DNA from: Aplysia californica
Lineage: Eukaryota
Length of the DNA: 63,658 bases
Direction of reading: 5' to 3'
Assembly: GCF_000002075.1 (NCBI RefSeq)
Contig: NW_004797295.1
Location: 1,097,176 to 1,160,833 of the forward strand
Shown: piece by piece, positions 13,007 to 25,281 of the stretch
Layout of the letters: every line of letters begins with the position of its first letter
How positions within the stretch are numbered: position 1 is the first letter of the stretch
The notes under the pieces: model-generated
What the model saw: the letters and a program-made list of their open reading frames with translations, nothing else
Databases searched by the model: none
Told to the model about the DNA's origin: nothing
Program-made: the position numbers and the translations under genes

Positions 13007-13103
13007 GGCATTGGTGCACTTGAATCGACTGAAGAAACTAGTGAAGACAAACAGTGAGGAGCAAGGCGATGGACAGGGCGCTCACTCGGACCAGAGCTCA
13101 TGA
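13007..13103 (+). CDS. C18orf54: LAS2-like terminal coding exon
   Basis: (SLEK)ALVHLNRLKKLV resembles recalled SLQKALHHLSRLRDLV. TGA at 13101-13103. Spliced CDS is 2406 nt, 801 aa. Confidence 0.85.
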
Positions 13104-15561
13104 CACACAGCTGCTCTCAGGGCAAGGGGAGACAGCGAGACGAGATGTCTGTAAACAAGAATGTTAGAGTAACTGTTTTGAATGTATACCTGTGTCCGGC
13201 TGTGGTTTATAAGACTTCATGACTTACTTGTACAGTTTCAGCAAAAGATTTCTTATTTCTGTTCTCTGTACTAAATTTCAATGTAGACTCTTTAAAGGCT
13301 TAATAATCTTTGTTGGTTGAAAGATGTAATTTAGACTATTGACTCTTTATAGAAGTAAAATTGTCATTAACTTTCCTCATAGTAGAAAAGTGGAGACAAC
13401 ATTGAATTTGCTGTTTGGAGATTGTTTTGGTCTGTGTAAACCTGTGTGCTTAGTATTGCGTGAATAGCTCTTAACAATGACTGGGTGAGTAGTAAGGATA
13501 GCTGGGTTGATTTCACAGTCTAATTTCTTGGCCTTTAAAGGCACTCATTAGTCATGCAGATAAAAACATAGTATTCCCTCAGTCAGATTTTCATTTTTGT
13601 CCCAGGAGATTCACTGTGATCCTAATCTTGAAATGATGCTTAACCCCAAGGCCCCAAGTGCAGTGTATACATTTAGGCACCTTGCTTAACTGGGTACTAA
13701 GTGTGCCCCTCAGGGAGTTTTTGTTATTGAGGTCACAGAATTGAGCTTCAGACTTTGATAGCACGTGGTATAAACGTCATTCTATAGACAGCAGCCTCTA
13801 TTAACGTAGTTTGGTCACTGTTTGAGTGAGAATTTTCAACATGAAACTGACTGACTGTTTCTGAACCATGATCCTCTGGAGAATCAGACAAAAACCAACA
13901 CTTTTTTTTGACAACTGATCAAGTGATGGATCAGCTATGTAATTGAGATGATGATGAGGCTAGTTTCCTTAAATATGGCGTCAGTGACTGGGAAAGCAAG
14001 TTCAGTGGTTTAAAAAAGTAGCAGTACGAAAAGTTGCAGGTCCAAACCTGATATTCATAGAGGCATAGGGCAGGTAGGCATAGCAAGCCAAGTGTTAAAG
14101 AGTGTGTATGCGGCTGGGAATGTCTATGGTTTAGACTAGTAATACTAACAGGCTGGTCTAAGAATTTTTTATGAAGATTTTTGGATAGGTTTCAAAGTGA
14201 TGTTGCCTTCCCATTTTGCTGCTGCCTTTGCCATTTAAAATGTTTTTGCAAATGGGTTTATAATGAGAGAGGAAGATGCTACTGTTTTAGGTTCAGGAAC
14301 CCAGGAGCAGGGGTCTGTAACTGTAAAAGTGTTAGTAGGCTCAAGAGGTGAAGTTTCTAAGAGTTTTAAAAGTACACCATGTTGCTCTATCAAGTTATGT
14401 GGATTGCCTGTAAAATCAAATGTATAGTGATTTCAACCAATGTTTGGTTGATTTTTGGAACGCACAAATATCATAGGCCTGAAATAATATCATAAATTAT
14501 CAATGTAAATAGAGACTTGGGGAAGGGTTTCCCCCATTGCACACCCATAAAGCAGTTCCTTTTCAAGCAGTAAGATAAATGTAAACCACTAAGGAAGGAC
14601 AATTTTGTGTGAGCCCCTTTTTTTTCTCTCATTATTTGTGTGGATGCCTGAGAAACGGGAAAAGTCAAGTTTCGGGCTAGAGGTCTACAAAGGTGTAAAA
14701 ATGACCACAGGTCAGAAATGTAGTTCTTTCTAGCAGAGAATCAAAGAGTAACTATTCCTAAATCATGTTCTCAAAGAATTTAGCTCAGTTTTATTTGTAA
14801 TTAGTATAAAAATGTGGTTATTTAAGGAGGGTCTAGAAAGAAAATCTGGAGATTAAAAAATGGCTCAAATGGACCTATTTTTGAGTGACCTTTTTTGACA
14901 CAGTCTGGTAGGTTTTATTTCTACAAAATCCCTAGCAAGCTGTATTTGAACATTCTGAGCGCCTTCTAGTTTACACCAAAAATTGTTGTATGTTTTAATA
15001 GAGCTGTTTACATTCCAGCAGCACTACTTGCGGCTATGCTTATCAAGGGTAGGCCAAGCATGGTATCAGGTCAGCGTCAAGTTTGACCTTGCTTCCCAGG
15101 ATGGGTCTTTTACTCAGGCATACACACATTTAGTTACGCCTACTGTTTTATTGTCTCTAATTGCTAAAATTTATTACTTTGAAAGTAAGATTTATTACCT
15201 TCCTCTTGCTTTGATGTTGTATGTACTGGACCAGTTTAGAGTGAGTACACCAAAGCTGTAAAATATATTTATCTATACTCTGTAGTTCTCCTGGTACCTC
15301 ATGGATATTAAACTCTTGAACACCAGCAGTTTGCTGCATTTACATGAAGGTGGCCTAAGTTCATTGAAAGTGAAAGTTATACCCATGTATATGTAATAAT
15401 CTGCTCTTTCAGTATTATTTATTTTACATGGACATGCATACCTCACCCAGTGCCAGAGCTAGAGGATTGACAGTCCAAAATAACTAGGAGAGGTGGGAGT
15501 AAATTTAAGTCTACTGGTTACAGCAAAAATAGTTTTTCAAGAGCCTCTGTAAAATTTAACG

Positions 15562-15928
15562 TTTTAGTTTTAGTAGAGGGTTTTACGGCGTTCGCAACTG
15601 CATAAGGTCATATGAGCGCCAAGGGGTGGATGTCAACAGAGAAGTCTTTACAGGGAATCAGACTTACTCTGCTCACCTCTCTAGCTTCAACAGCACAAAG
15701 TCTGCTTCGACTATCAAGGCACCCCGGAAATAGCAGGTCGCAAGAGTGTGACAAACATACAAAAGAAGTAGAGGAAAATGACAATAGTAAGGATTAGGAG
15801 AGAAAAAGCAGCAGTTCCCTGTTGTACTATTATGAATATGAGCGTGACATGATGAATCAGCCCATTTACAGTTCTACAGTGCATGAACGAGAAATGTACC
15901 CCCTTTGGGAATGGCCTAAAGACACAAC
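15562..15928 (-). mobile_element. Headless SINE-like retroposon, copy A
   Basis: Homologous to four other copies; 12-bp TSD TAAAATTTAACG at 15550-15561 and 15929-15940; (CTAAAA)n tail on the minus strand. Confidence 0.88.
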
Positions 15929-16348
15929 TAAAATTTAACGAATGTAACATTCAGGACAGGTTTTTAAATAATGGTACCTAGTTTCAATTTGACTACAAGA
16001 AGTATGCGCTAAGCTGAGTAGGAATCATAATGCAACTGTGAAAAATGAATTTTTAAAGCAGAAATTACTACATTTGAATAGAATTTATTTCTGCTTCTCA
16101 GTCATTCTATAGAAATTATATGCTGCATTTTATAACTGTATTTGAAGTCTTTATAAATTCTCAACTCATGCAAAATTGTAACTGTCTTTGACTACTTATT
16201 ATATTTTTCCATGCGTATTGAGAAACCTAAAGAATACTCTTTGCGTTTCTGAAATCCAGAAGAAAAAATAAAAGTGATTTGTTACTTGCTCATGTATTAT
16301 TCTTTAAAAGCAGTGCAGATGAAATATTTGTTTTGCTAAAAGAATGTA

Positions 16349-16588
16349 AAATAGTTGTTCCTGCATCCGATCCATACATTGGGGATTGCCTTGCTAGTGA
16401 GACGACTTCCTGGGCCTTCGGCATATTGTGGTAGAGTGGCCATTTCCTTTCCATGCCACCTCTACTTCCCCAACTCAAAGTCAGGTACCCATTACTGCTG
16501 GGTGGGCAGGAGGGGGCGGAAAAAAATCTGTGTCCGAACCCATGCTCGAACCCGTACTTTCCGCTTTGGAGACCAGCGCACTAACCGA
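16349..16588 (-). mobile_element. tRNA-derived SINE with a Nin/Deu-like central domain, 5'-truncated
   Basis: Minus strand reads CGGTTAGTGCGCTGGTCTCC...GGTTCGAG (B box), then CCCACCCAGCAGTAATGGGTACCTG. 11-bp TSD AAAAGAATGTA at 16338-16348 and 16589-16599. Superfamily name is from recall. Confidence 0.8.
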
Positions 16589-17009
16589 AAAAGAATGTAT
16601 ACAATATATATTATATGCATATATGTTGAGCTGAACTCTGTGATATATATTCTTGTCACAGTAAGGTTGCGATGACACTTGGTTAACATCTGTATTGTTA
16701 TAACAAAACGTATTGCCAGAATAAGTCTCAAAACAGAATAATTGCACTATATTTTTTTTTACTGTCAAAAGCACTATTTCTGAATTTTTGATGATGTAAG
16801 AAGTCATTTATAGTGCATGCAAGTAGTATTGTAGCTGGTACCTGTGTAATTGAAACCAGAATGTCTACCAAATTCACATTGCTATGAGTTATGAAGGTTT
16901 GTAATAATTACAAAACTGTATTTACCGGAAATCTGTACAAGCTCACAATTATAACTTATTCTGTCTTTAGAGTACTGTACTTGTACTGCTGAAAACTACT
17001 TTTTCAACA

Positions 17010-17015
17010 AATAAA
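17010..17015 (+). terminator. Candidate distal polyadenylation signal of the LAS2-like gene
   Basis: AATAAA followed by a GT/T-rich tract; a second AATAAA lies at 16267-16272. Confidence 0.45.
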
Positions 17016-17480
17016 AAATTATTATTTATGCTTTCGGTGTCAGTTACTCCTTGATTGTAGTTTCATTTTTGATTTTTTTGTTAAATCACCATGGAAAAAG
17101 TTTTATACCATACATGGAGTTGTTTTAGCGTTGCACTTCCGGTGAAATAAATCCTTATATACTCTTATATTTGGACCTATGAATTAATCCTCTCAAATCT
17201 CGTGCAGAGTTCCTATGCCTCTAAAATGGCCATAATGACTTATAGTGCTCAACAGGGCTTAAATCTTGACTCACTTTTAGAGACAGACAATGCCAACTAT
17301 TTGATCTTAACAAAATATCCTAAAAATGTCCTTATGGAGTTGTAGTTTACAGTGAGTCGGCACAGAAGAGTTCACAGAATAGATTAGGGTGACAGAAACC
17401 CTGAGAGGAAAATGGGAGTGTCTGGCATTCATACATAAAGAACAGGAAACAAAGCCAACTACGTCAGTATCTTTGATTTC

Positions 17481-17486
17481 TTTATT
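17481..17486 (-). terminator. Candidate distal polyadenylation signal of the zinc-finger gene
   Basis: TTTATT (AATAAA on minus) near where the strand composition flips. Confidence 0.45.
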
Positions 17487-20204
17487 TCATGCAGCACAGG
17501 AAGAAGAAAAATGCGCGCTGTTATAACATCTACAGTAGTACAATACGTGACAGCTAGAAAGCAAGTATACACCTATTTTAAAATGACAATGCCAACATTT
17601 TGTTTAGACCAAACATACAGCAATTATTAAGAGCTGACTGGATGTCAAAACATATCCATAGAATGTTAAAAAAAACCTGATCATGATGTTCCATATGACA
17701 TTTTGAAGTATCAATAATTTGGAGCTGTCACAAACTTCCAAATCAGTAATACAAAACACTTTACTTTTACTAGTTTCAAAACTTTAAAAAGAAAATAATG
17801 TGTGCAAAAAAGGGACCAAAACTTTCAAAATCAACTAAATATAAAAAGTAGGAAAAATATCTGTTATGTAAGATTTATCAAAGCTCTTTTTTATATTTTT
17901 AACAACCAATCCCACCCTTTAAAAAATCACAAGTTTCATATAAAAAGCATTTTTCTTCCACTAGCCAAACATGAGTTCTTTGGTAATATGCATGTATATG
18001 CGGGCTCTTTTATAAATGCAAGCTTTGCGTATACCAAATAGACATAACATTGACCATCACTAATCCGACAGCAAGTTTTGTATTGGGTTTTTTTAACAGA
18101 CTTTAACAGATGGGAAGACTAGCTTAAAAGTCCACAGGGGCTGGAGAATTTTGGAAACAGGAAAATATTGCTGTGTTTACATACAAGACAATGTTATAAT
18201 TATAATAATGATGATGATAATAATCATGACAATTTCCAATGATCAAAGGCAAAGCACAGAACAATTGTTCTGAAGCGCTGTTTCACGGGCTGAAAGACAT
18301 CATTTAGTTCATATATAAAAAATCAAAACATTTGCAAAAAAACAATACTGAAACACAGCACTGGACAGGTATCAGTGAAAAAGTCCATGACCAGATCGAG
18401 CAGATATGAACTATATTGCTAGTAAAATTTACTTTGTATATGGGCCCGGGGTCAAAAGGCCCTTTCTTCAAATCATTTAAAACGTGCTGTCAGTGTCAGT
18501 AGAGCTTTTTTCACCTAGGCCAGCAGTTAGTGACAAGCTCTACACTGAGGTCTCGAAAAATTCTGAACGGACTTGAGATAACTCTACTACACGGGCAGAA
18601 GCAGTCAAATCTAAAGCTTACAGAGCAGAAAGATACTAATAGTAGAAGACCAAGCATATACACAGAAGGTCAAACACATATAAGTAAAATTTTGACATTT
18701 CGAAGGGGCTGATGTCCGATGGAAAGACGTGTTGTGGGCAAAAAAGACGAGTTACAACAAACGTTTGGATTAGAGGTATGAGAAGTATTAAAACTGTTTA
18801 GCCAGCAAAGGAAAAATTGACGAGCAGCAAAGAGAATGGGCAACTTTAGCAGTTTAGTAACAATGCATCACACACTCATGGGTCTCACAACACTTGGACT
18901 AAATCATTTCATACTATGCAACTGATCATGTCCAAAAACGAGGCATGGGATTAGTACGTGGCCTGAAAGACATACTTCATAGAAAGCCATGAGACAACAG
19001 TAGAATTTCTGAGGACAATCCAAGGGGAACTATACGTATCACAAGTGTGTGACAACCTGTCTTCATCACAATATGAAGCTATAATGTGCTTAATTATGCT
19101 CAAGAGATTCCACCCCAAGAACAGACTTCCAAAACTTCCAAGGACATACATCTTATGCTGTTATTCTGTCCAAGAACAGAACAGTCGTTCTCATGAATAT
19201 TCACTCCACTGAACAGCATTGCATTTTTTCGCTACGCATGAGACCATGATCTCCAAGCTTCCTGGCTTCAATGGGAAAGTATGTGCACATCAACCCACTG
19301 AACATCACGTTGTTTAGGTACGAGATCATGATCTCGAAAATTCCTTGTCTTAACTCAACAGTAAATCATTTCATTGTCAAATATGCCGTACCAAAGTTAT
19401 AGATGCAAAGTGGCCAACACAAAAGTATGATGGCACTAGGGACAGTTAAAAAGATATGCTCATAAAGTTGACTGCACATGCCAGGAGGAGGAATAACAAA
19501 ACAGACCCCTTTACATAAAATAAAAGAACAAAACTTTAACCAGTTATCCCCGAAAACAGAGTTTTAGATGATGATGCACTTCATTTTACCTACCTATACG
19601 ATTGCACAGGGCCTTCAGCACAACCATATTTTAACTCCATAACAAAAGATTGTCTAAGACAGCCAACAATATGTTCTGAAAACTTATTCCAAATTTGAGA
19701 ACAATACTATACAGTAGACACACAAAAAACCCCCAAAAAATCTGAAAGAGAGTTTACTTACACCTGACCTGGGATTTCACTTTTCAATTCATCCTAGTCA
19801 AATCCTGAAACAAAAATGTACACCTAAGAATGACATAAACACTGGTATCCTTAGACTTAGATGCTTTCAGTTACCAGTGATATCTCTTTCTTTACAAACA
19901 TTCTGAAAAGACCACATGTATGTATGTACAGGAAAATCAGGAGATTCATTCATATCATCAAAACTCTCTCCTCCCTCATACGTATCATGCTAGGTATGAG
20001 CTCACCTCTAGCATCATCGGGTACTATCGAATGTCTGAAGCTGACTGATGAACCTAGGAACTAGACCAGCACTGTTCTTTGCCAACAAAACAAAGAACCC
20101 CTAGCCAGCACATCAACCTTATTTGTACATATCATTCAAAAACACTTCACCTTATGAGTTACTTTTCATATGTACAGAAACGAGGATAATATGTGGCCAC
20201 TGTT

Positions 20205-20262
20205 GAGAGAGAGAGAGAAAGAGAGAGAGGGGGGGAGGGGGGAGAGAGAGAGAGAAAGAGAC
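20205..20262. repeat. (AG)n / G-rich simple repeat
   Basis: Direct reading. Confidence 0.85.
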
Positions 20263-21588
20263 AGATAAAAAGATTAGGGATTAGGACAGAGGGAAATGCA
20301 CCTCAGATTAAAAAGAACACTGAAAGACTGAATGCTTCAGCCATGAAAGCGCTCAAGGGTAAAACCCAACAGATCACATGACTGCTCCCAGCAGCATATT
20401 TCTGAGTCACAGCGAAGTCATATTTATCACAGATTTTTTTTTTCATTCTTATCATTTATTACCAAAGGATAAGCAAAAAAGAGATTAAGATCTAACATAA
20501 ACATTGGCCATGTCACCATTGGATACTGTATTGGTGGTTTCCAAAAAAATTCAGAAACCATAAAACTGTCCAATGAAACATGATCAAAGTACAAAATAGA
20601 CCTAGGCTCAATTAATTTATTTACTTAAGATAGATTTTGTTATACAATTAGAATGTTTTCAACAGATACAGACCAACAATTGGTTCCGTCACAAACCTGA
20701 GAGATGAATTTCACAGTTCACTTTTCACAACAATATCCCACACACTATAAGATAAGCCGATACCTAGACATTTGACCACTGAAACACAATCACAATGGTC
20801 AAGTGACAAGGAGTTCCCTTACCTTCAGAGTAAGAGGTTTAAAGTTTTCAATTCATACATTATCCTGTATAATTTTTGCAGCTTAAAATAAAGAACATAT
20901 CCCTGTATTCAAAAAGGAAAAAAAAAACCCAACTCAAGACTACTGAAAGGAATTACAAGACTTCAACAACAAGAAGAGTACCCTTTGAATCTCTTGGCTG
21001 AAAAAAAGGTCTCTTGTGCAAGCATTTCAATCTCATACAGCTCTACGCATCTCTCAGATGTTATCATAAAGCACAAATCTGACATTGTAAGGTGTACATG
21101 GCGCAATATTGCTGTCAGCTGAGTCACAACATAATGTCATAGTTTTATTATGAGTCACAACATCCTTCCATGTAGTCTTTATGAGTTCAAAAACTTCTTT
21201 TGACATCAAAGCTGTACAAAACAACGGGATGACAAGGAAGACAAAAGAACGAGCTACAAATATATGAGTTCCTGAACGAGTGACTAATATCTGAGTTCTT
21301 AAGTTCTGTCCTGTTAAAAACTTTCTACAGTCATTTGACACCCATAAATATATATACATATCAGCCATAATGATGTTAAAACAATGACAAAGTGCCATAA
21401 TGTTCAAATACAGTAGTTGTAAAAGGGAACATGGTAGTTGGCACACAGAATTGACTGGTCTGCTAGTGCAGCCATGTAGTTATCCCAAATTGATACCAAA
21501 GAATGGTGAGGCCAGCCAATGAAGAGACTGAAAAGTTGTGTGAGCCTTCTGCGAAGGAGAAAAAGCCTGTTTTACAATGTGTTACGAC

Positions 21589-21957
21589 GTAGTGGAATCA
21601 GGCGCTCGTCAATTTTAGGGAATGTGAAGTTACTGGTATCATCTTAAAACTTGTTAATTAGTTTTGCTTTCAATGTAAAAAATACCCATCTATCTTGAAT
21701 AAAAGTCAAGATATTTGCAATTGAAGGAGGTGGGTGTCGCTTGGTGTAGATGTGAAAATGGTCGCAAAAGTATGGTGAATTCCATAGCTTAAGAGTCCTT
21801 GGAAAACTAAAATTCACAATTTTTGTGCCTTTTATCAACGTTTTCCAGTAAAATTCATGAAGAAATATGTTTTTAAATGGACATTAAACGTGTTCAGCGA
21901 AAAAAGCTGTTTACTTCGTTTCCCTATTTTGACGAGCGCGTGATTTCACCACACTAC
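21589..21957. mobile_element. MITE with ~35-bp imperfect terminal inverted repeats
   Basis: GTAGTGGAATCAGGCGCTCGTCAATTTTAGGGA versus TCCCTATTTTGACGAGCGCGTGATTTCACCACACTAC. Interior is homologous to 30057-30154 plus 31227-31530. Confidence 0.75.
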
Positions 21958-22744
21958 CTCACATATCCTTTTGACTTTTTTAAAATACAGCTTATTACGA
22001 TAAATTGAATTCCACATAAAACCTAAACATAGAAATATCATTGTGCGTTGTGGAGCAGAAAAAAAGTGAAGCACCTCATCACAACAATGGCTACAAAGGG
22101 CTGAGAAACAAGACAAGAGCCAAAAACTACAAAGACGTAAAGAAGTTCCAACAGTACTTTATATCATAACTCGTCATAGTGTATGGCAATAATGTGTATG
22201 TACCCTTCACCAACAATTAACTTTTCAGATCAAAAGCTCACAGCTCGTACCTTTCCTGGTTTATAAGTATACATTACGAAACATGATGCTTTAGTCAAAG
22301 AAACAGACAACTGACATACACTGCTGGCTTCATCAATGGCAAAGGTGAAGCTAGGATGATTCTCAAAAACATGGAAATTTGTCAGCTGTTCTGCATTTCT
22401 TATTAAAACAAGTTTCCAAATTCTACTTGGTATTCTCTCCTAAATGTTTCATTACTTTTGACATTTCAGGCTGGATGGCGGAGCACAGAAGTATGAAAGA
22501 AAAGTCATACCCTTTCAACTTTTAATTTTAAGCAGCAAGATTAACCTGACTTAAACTATGTCAAGTCTGCACTTTTTGAGTACTACAAAACTAAGGTAGG
22601 TAATAAGCCATACTACTTTGTCGACAGAGGTGGAAGCTTGATAACTTTCAGTGCTGCTTCAGCAGGGTAACAATCATTCCTTATCACAAGAAAACTCTTC
22701 TTTGCCCCCGAAGACATACAAGCACAATGTCTAGGAGAAATGGG

Positions 22745-22850
22745 ACAGACAGACAGAGCAAGAAAGAGAGAGAGGGATGCAGAGACAAAGTCCGGGAAAA
22801 GTGGGACTGACAGAAAGAGACAGAGAGAGGTGGGGAGGAGAGAAAGTGAA

Positions 22851-22885
<35 letters not shown>

Positions 22886-22960
22886 AGGAAGGAAGGAGAG
22901 AGAGAAAGAAGAAAGGAAGGAGAGAGAGGGAAAGAGAGGAAGAAAGAACTGTGTGAGAGA
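22745..22960. repeat. GA-rich simple repeat
   Basis: Direct reading. Confidence 0.85.
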
Positions 22961-24662
22961 CACAAAACTTGGACTCTGGGAAGCACCTGTTTCATTCAGA
23001 AACAACATTTTCCTTATTTATACTTTTATATAGAGATGAAAGCAGTCTGTGGTAGCCGGGCAGTAGTATACACACAAAGGCACTAGAATTCTTGGAGAAC
23101 CGCACCATCACCTGCTGTCTAAACTGAATCACGCCCGCTGAAAGCTCATCTTTGTGCCTTTCTATCACAGAAACGCTTAACTATACCATCCTGCATCACA
23201 CCAGAATATAAATATAACACAAAAAAGGCCAATTAATGCAAAAGAATAGTCACATATATGTACACAAAATGCACCGTGCAAAACCGACACACAAATCAAT
23301 GTATAAATTTCCACTACGTATCAACTACTAAATGCAACAAAACAATAAAGATGTCAACTTTACATGAACACGTTCCAAGAAACATTTCATCCAGATCCAT
23401 CTCAGAAAAAAGTGATTGGTCCCACACCTCCTGATTGGCTCATAAGTCAAAGTCCAGACATATGTAACCTCTTCCCATCTGAAATCATGTCTCTTACATT
23501 TCAACAATATTAGCAAGACCAAAAACCTTCATTTTGAGGATGTGTTCCAGTGAGCAGTTGATATTGATTCTTTTTTTTTTCAAATATGCAAATTCATAAT
23601 TCAGCAAACAAAAACATTATCAAGAATTTCACAACAAAACTTAAGTATTAATTCCACTTTTCGTTTTAACGAAGTATCCATCACAATAAGCTCTCCAATG
23701 TGGTACAAAATAAAACAATACTTCTGAGCGCCTCTATTTGCACATAGTGCACAGATTTTTCAATCTTATTTTTTATCAAACTCATCATGCAACAAAGCGG
23801 TACACAAAGCAAGACAATAAATAAATAACTATTAATAACCAATACCATCCACAAAATCAGCGACTGAAACATATTTTCAATAAAAATAGAGCATTCCTAG
23901 CAGAAAATAACACCACACCATCTGTACTGAGTAATATACCTAAAAGTCTGCATATTGTGTCTTTCCCTAATTTCCTTTTAAAAAATCACACAGGTCAAAT
24001 TTACTGCTTTCAATATGTTTAATATAACGTAAATTCACAGAATTTTTCACCTGTTTTCGGAAAGCTCATCAATTTCACAAATAACTGAGTGAGAACAACA
24101 TCACTAACACATGATAATAAGTATGGCCTTCACAAAATGTAGATTAAACATGTCTTATTTCACATGGACTGTCTCACACTTTTCTACAAAAAAATGTTTT
24201 TCATGCATTCCAAACAGAAAGTAAAGACCACTTCCTTTTAATACTTTTATGGGATCAAACGAATTTTATAAATAAACCATTGCCACTATAACTCCTACCA
24301 TTTAATAAAAAACATCTCTCAATAACCTAATAGGTAAAAGACTACAATTCCAGAATAAAAGTTGAATGGTGTTGGGAATTCACAACATCAGGTACACAAT
24401 GTAATGTTGGTACCAGACCATCTCAACTATCTGCCTTTTACTTATAATCCATGATCATCAATCTGAAAGGAAATACTTTTCCTCCCCTTCTATGTCTGAC
24501 CTGTCTTCAATGAAAAACTCCGTTGTAAAAAAGTAAAAACATATATATGGTGAAGCGAATCAACAGTACAGTTGTGATGATGGTAAAATGTTCAATAAGA
24601 ATCCAAAACATTGTCTCATTTTATGTCATTATGTATAACATAAGTACAATTACAAACCAATA

Positions 24663-25281
24663 CAGGGGTGTCCACCTAACAGCAACGTCCCTTTGGAATC
24701 AAGCCTTGATTGCTGCAAACTGAATTTTCAAAGAGATGGGAGGGGGGGATCCACCTTCTTCCGACATACCCAAACCCACAAGTTTTTCTAGCCCGGATGT
24801 GGGGGGGGGGCAACCTGCTTGAAAGAGAAGTTTGTGAACACACATTAGGACCTCCTTTATGTAAAAAAGTTTAATTTTTGCCTGTGATCAGTGGGGAGTT
24901 TTTCATGCAAAGTAATGTTACACACAGAGGCCGAGATTCCTCCCACCTCCTAGGCCAGGATACTCTTGTTCTGAAGGAAGGTGACCCTTGGTGAGAAGGT
25001 GTGAACTAAGCTCCTGTGCTGACAGTAGTGTATATTTGGCCCGAGCAGGTAGTGTGAGTGTGAGTAAATATACAAGAGAAGAGAGATGCACATGTACAGA
25101 AATTATAGATCAGTCTCAGAGTTCATACTGTTTTTTTGAGGTGTATAAAAAAAAAATTGTCAGGCAATTTATAGCAGCCAAGGTTGCTCTTAAAAGGAAT
25201 TATTTTTAGGAAAATTCCATTATACAAATTTAGGTTGCTGTTAGGTGGTGGTTACCATCTTGGTCGCTGTTGACACCACTG
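24663..25281. mobile_element. MITE-like DNA transposon remnant
   Basis: Ends TA|CAGGGGTGTC and GACACCACTG|TA; subterminal inverted pair CACCTAACAGCAAC / GTTGCTGTTAGGTG. Confidence 0.6.

Noticed and set aside
15612-15797. Recurrent small ORF MSAKGWMSTEK... (also 56431-56616)
   Set aside because: Lies within copies of the retroposon, antisense to it; the frame is not kept in the other copies.
22613-23033. ORFs rich in SL/ER repeats (also 2489-2764 and the ORFs around 59.7 kb and 62 kb)
   Set aside because: Translations of microsatellites or N gaps.
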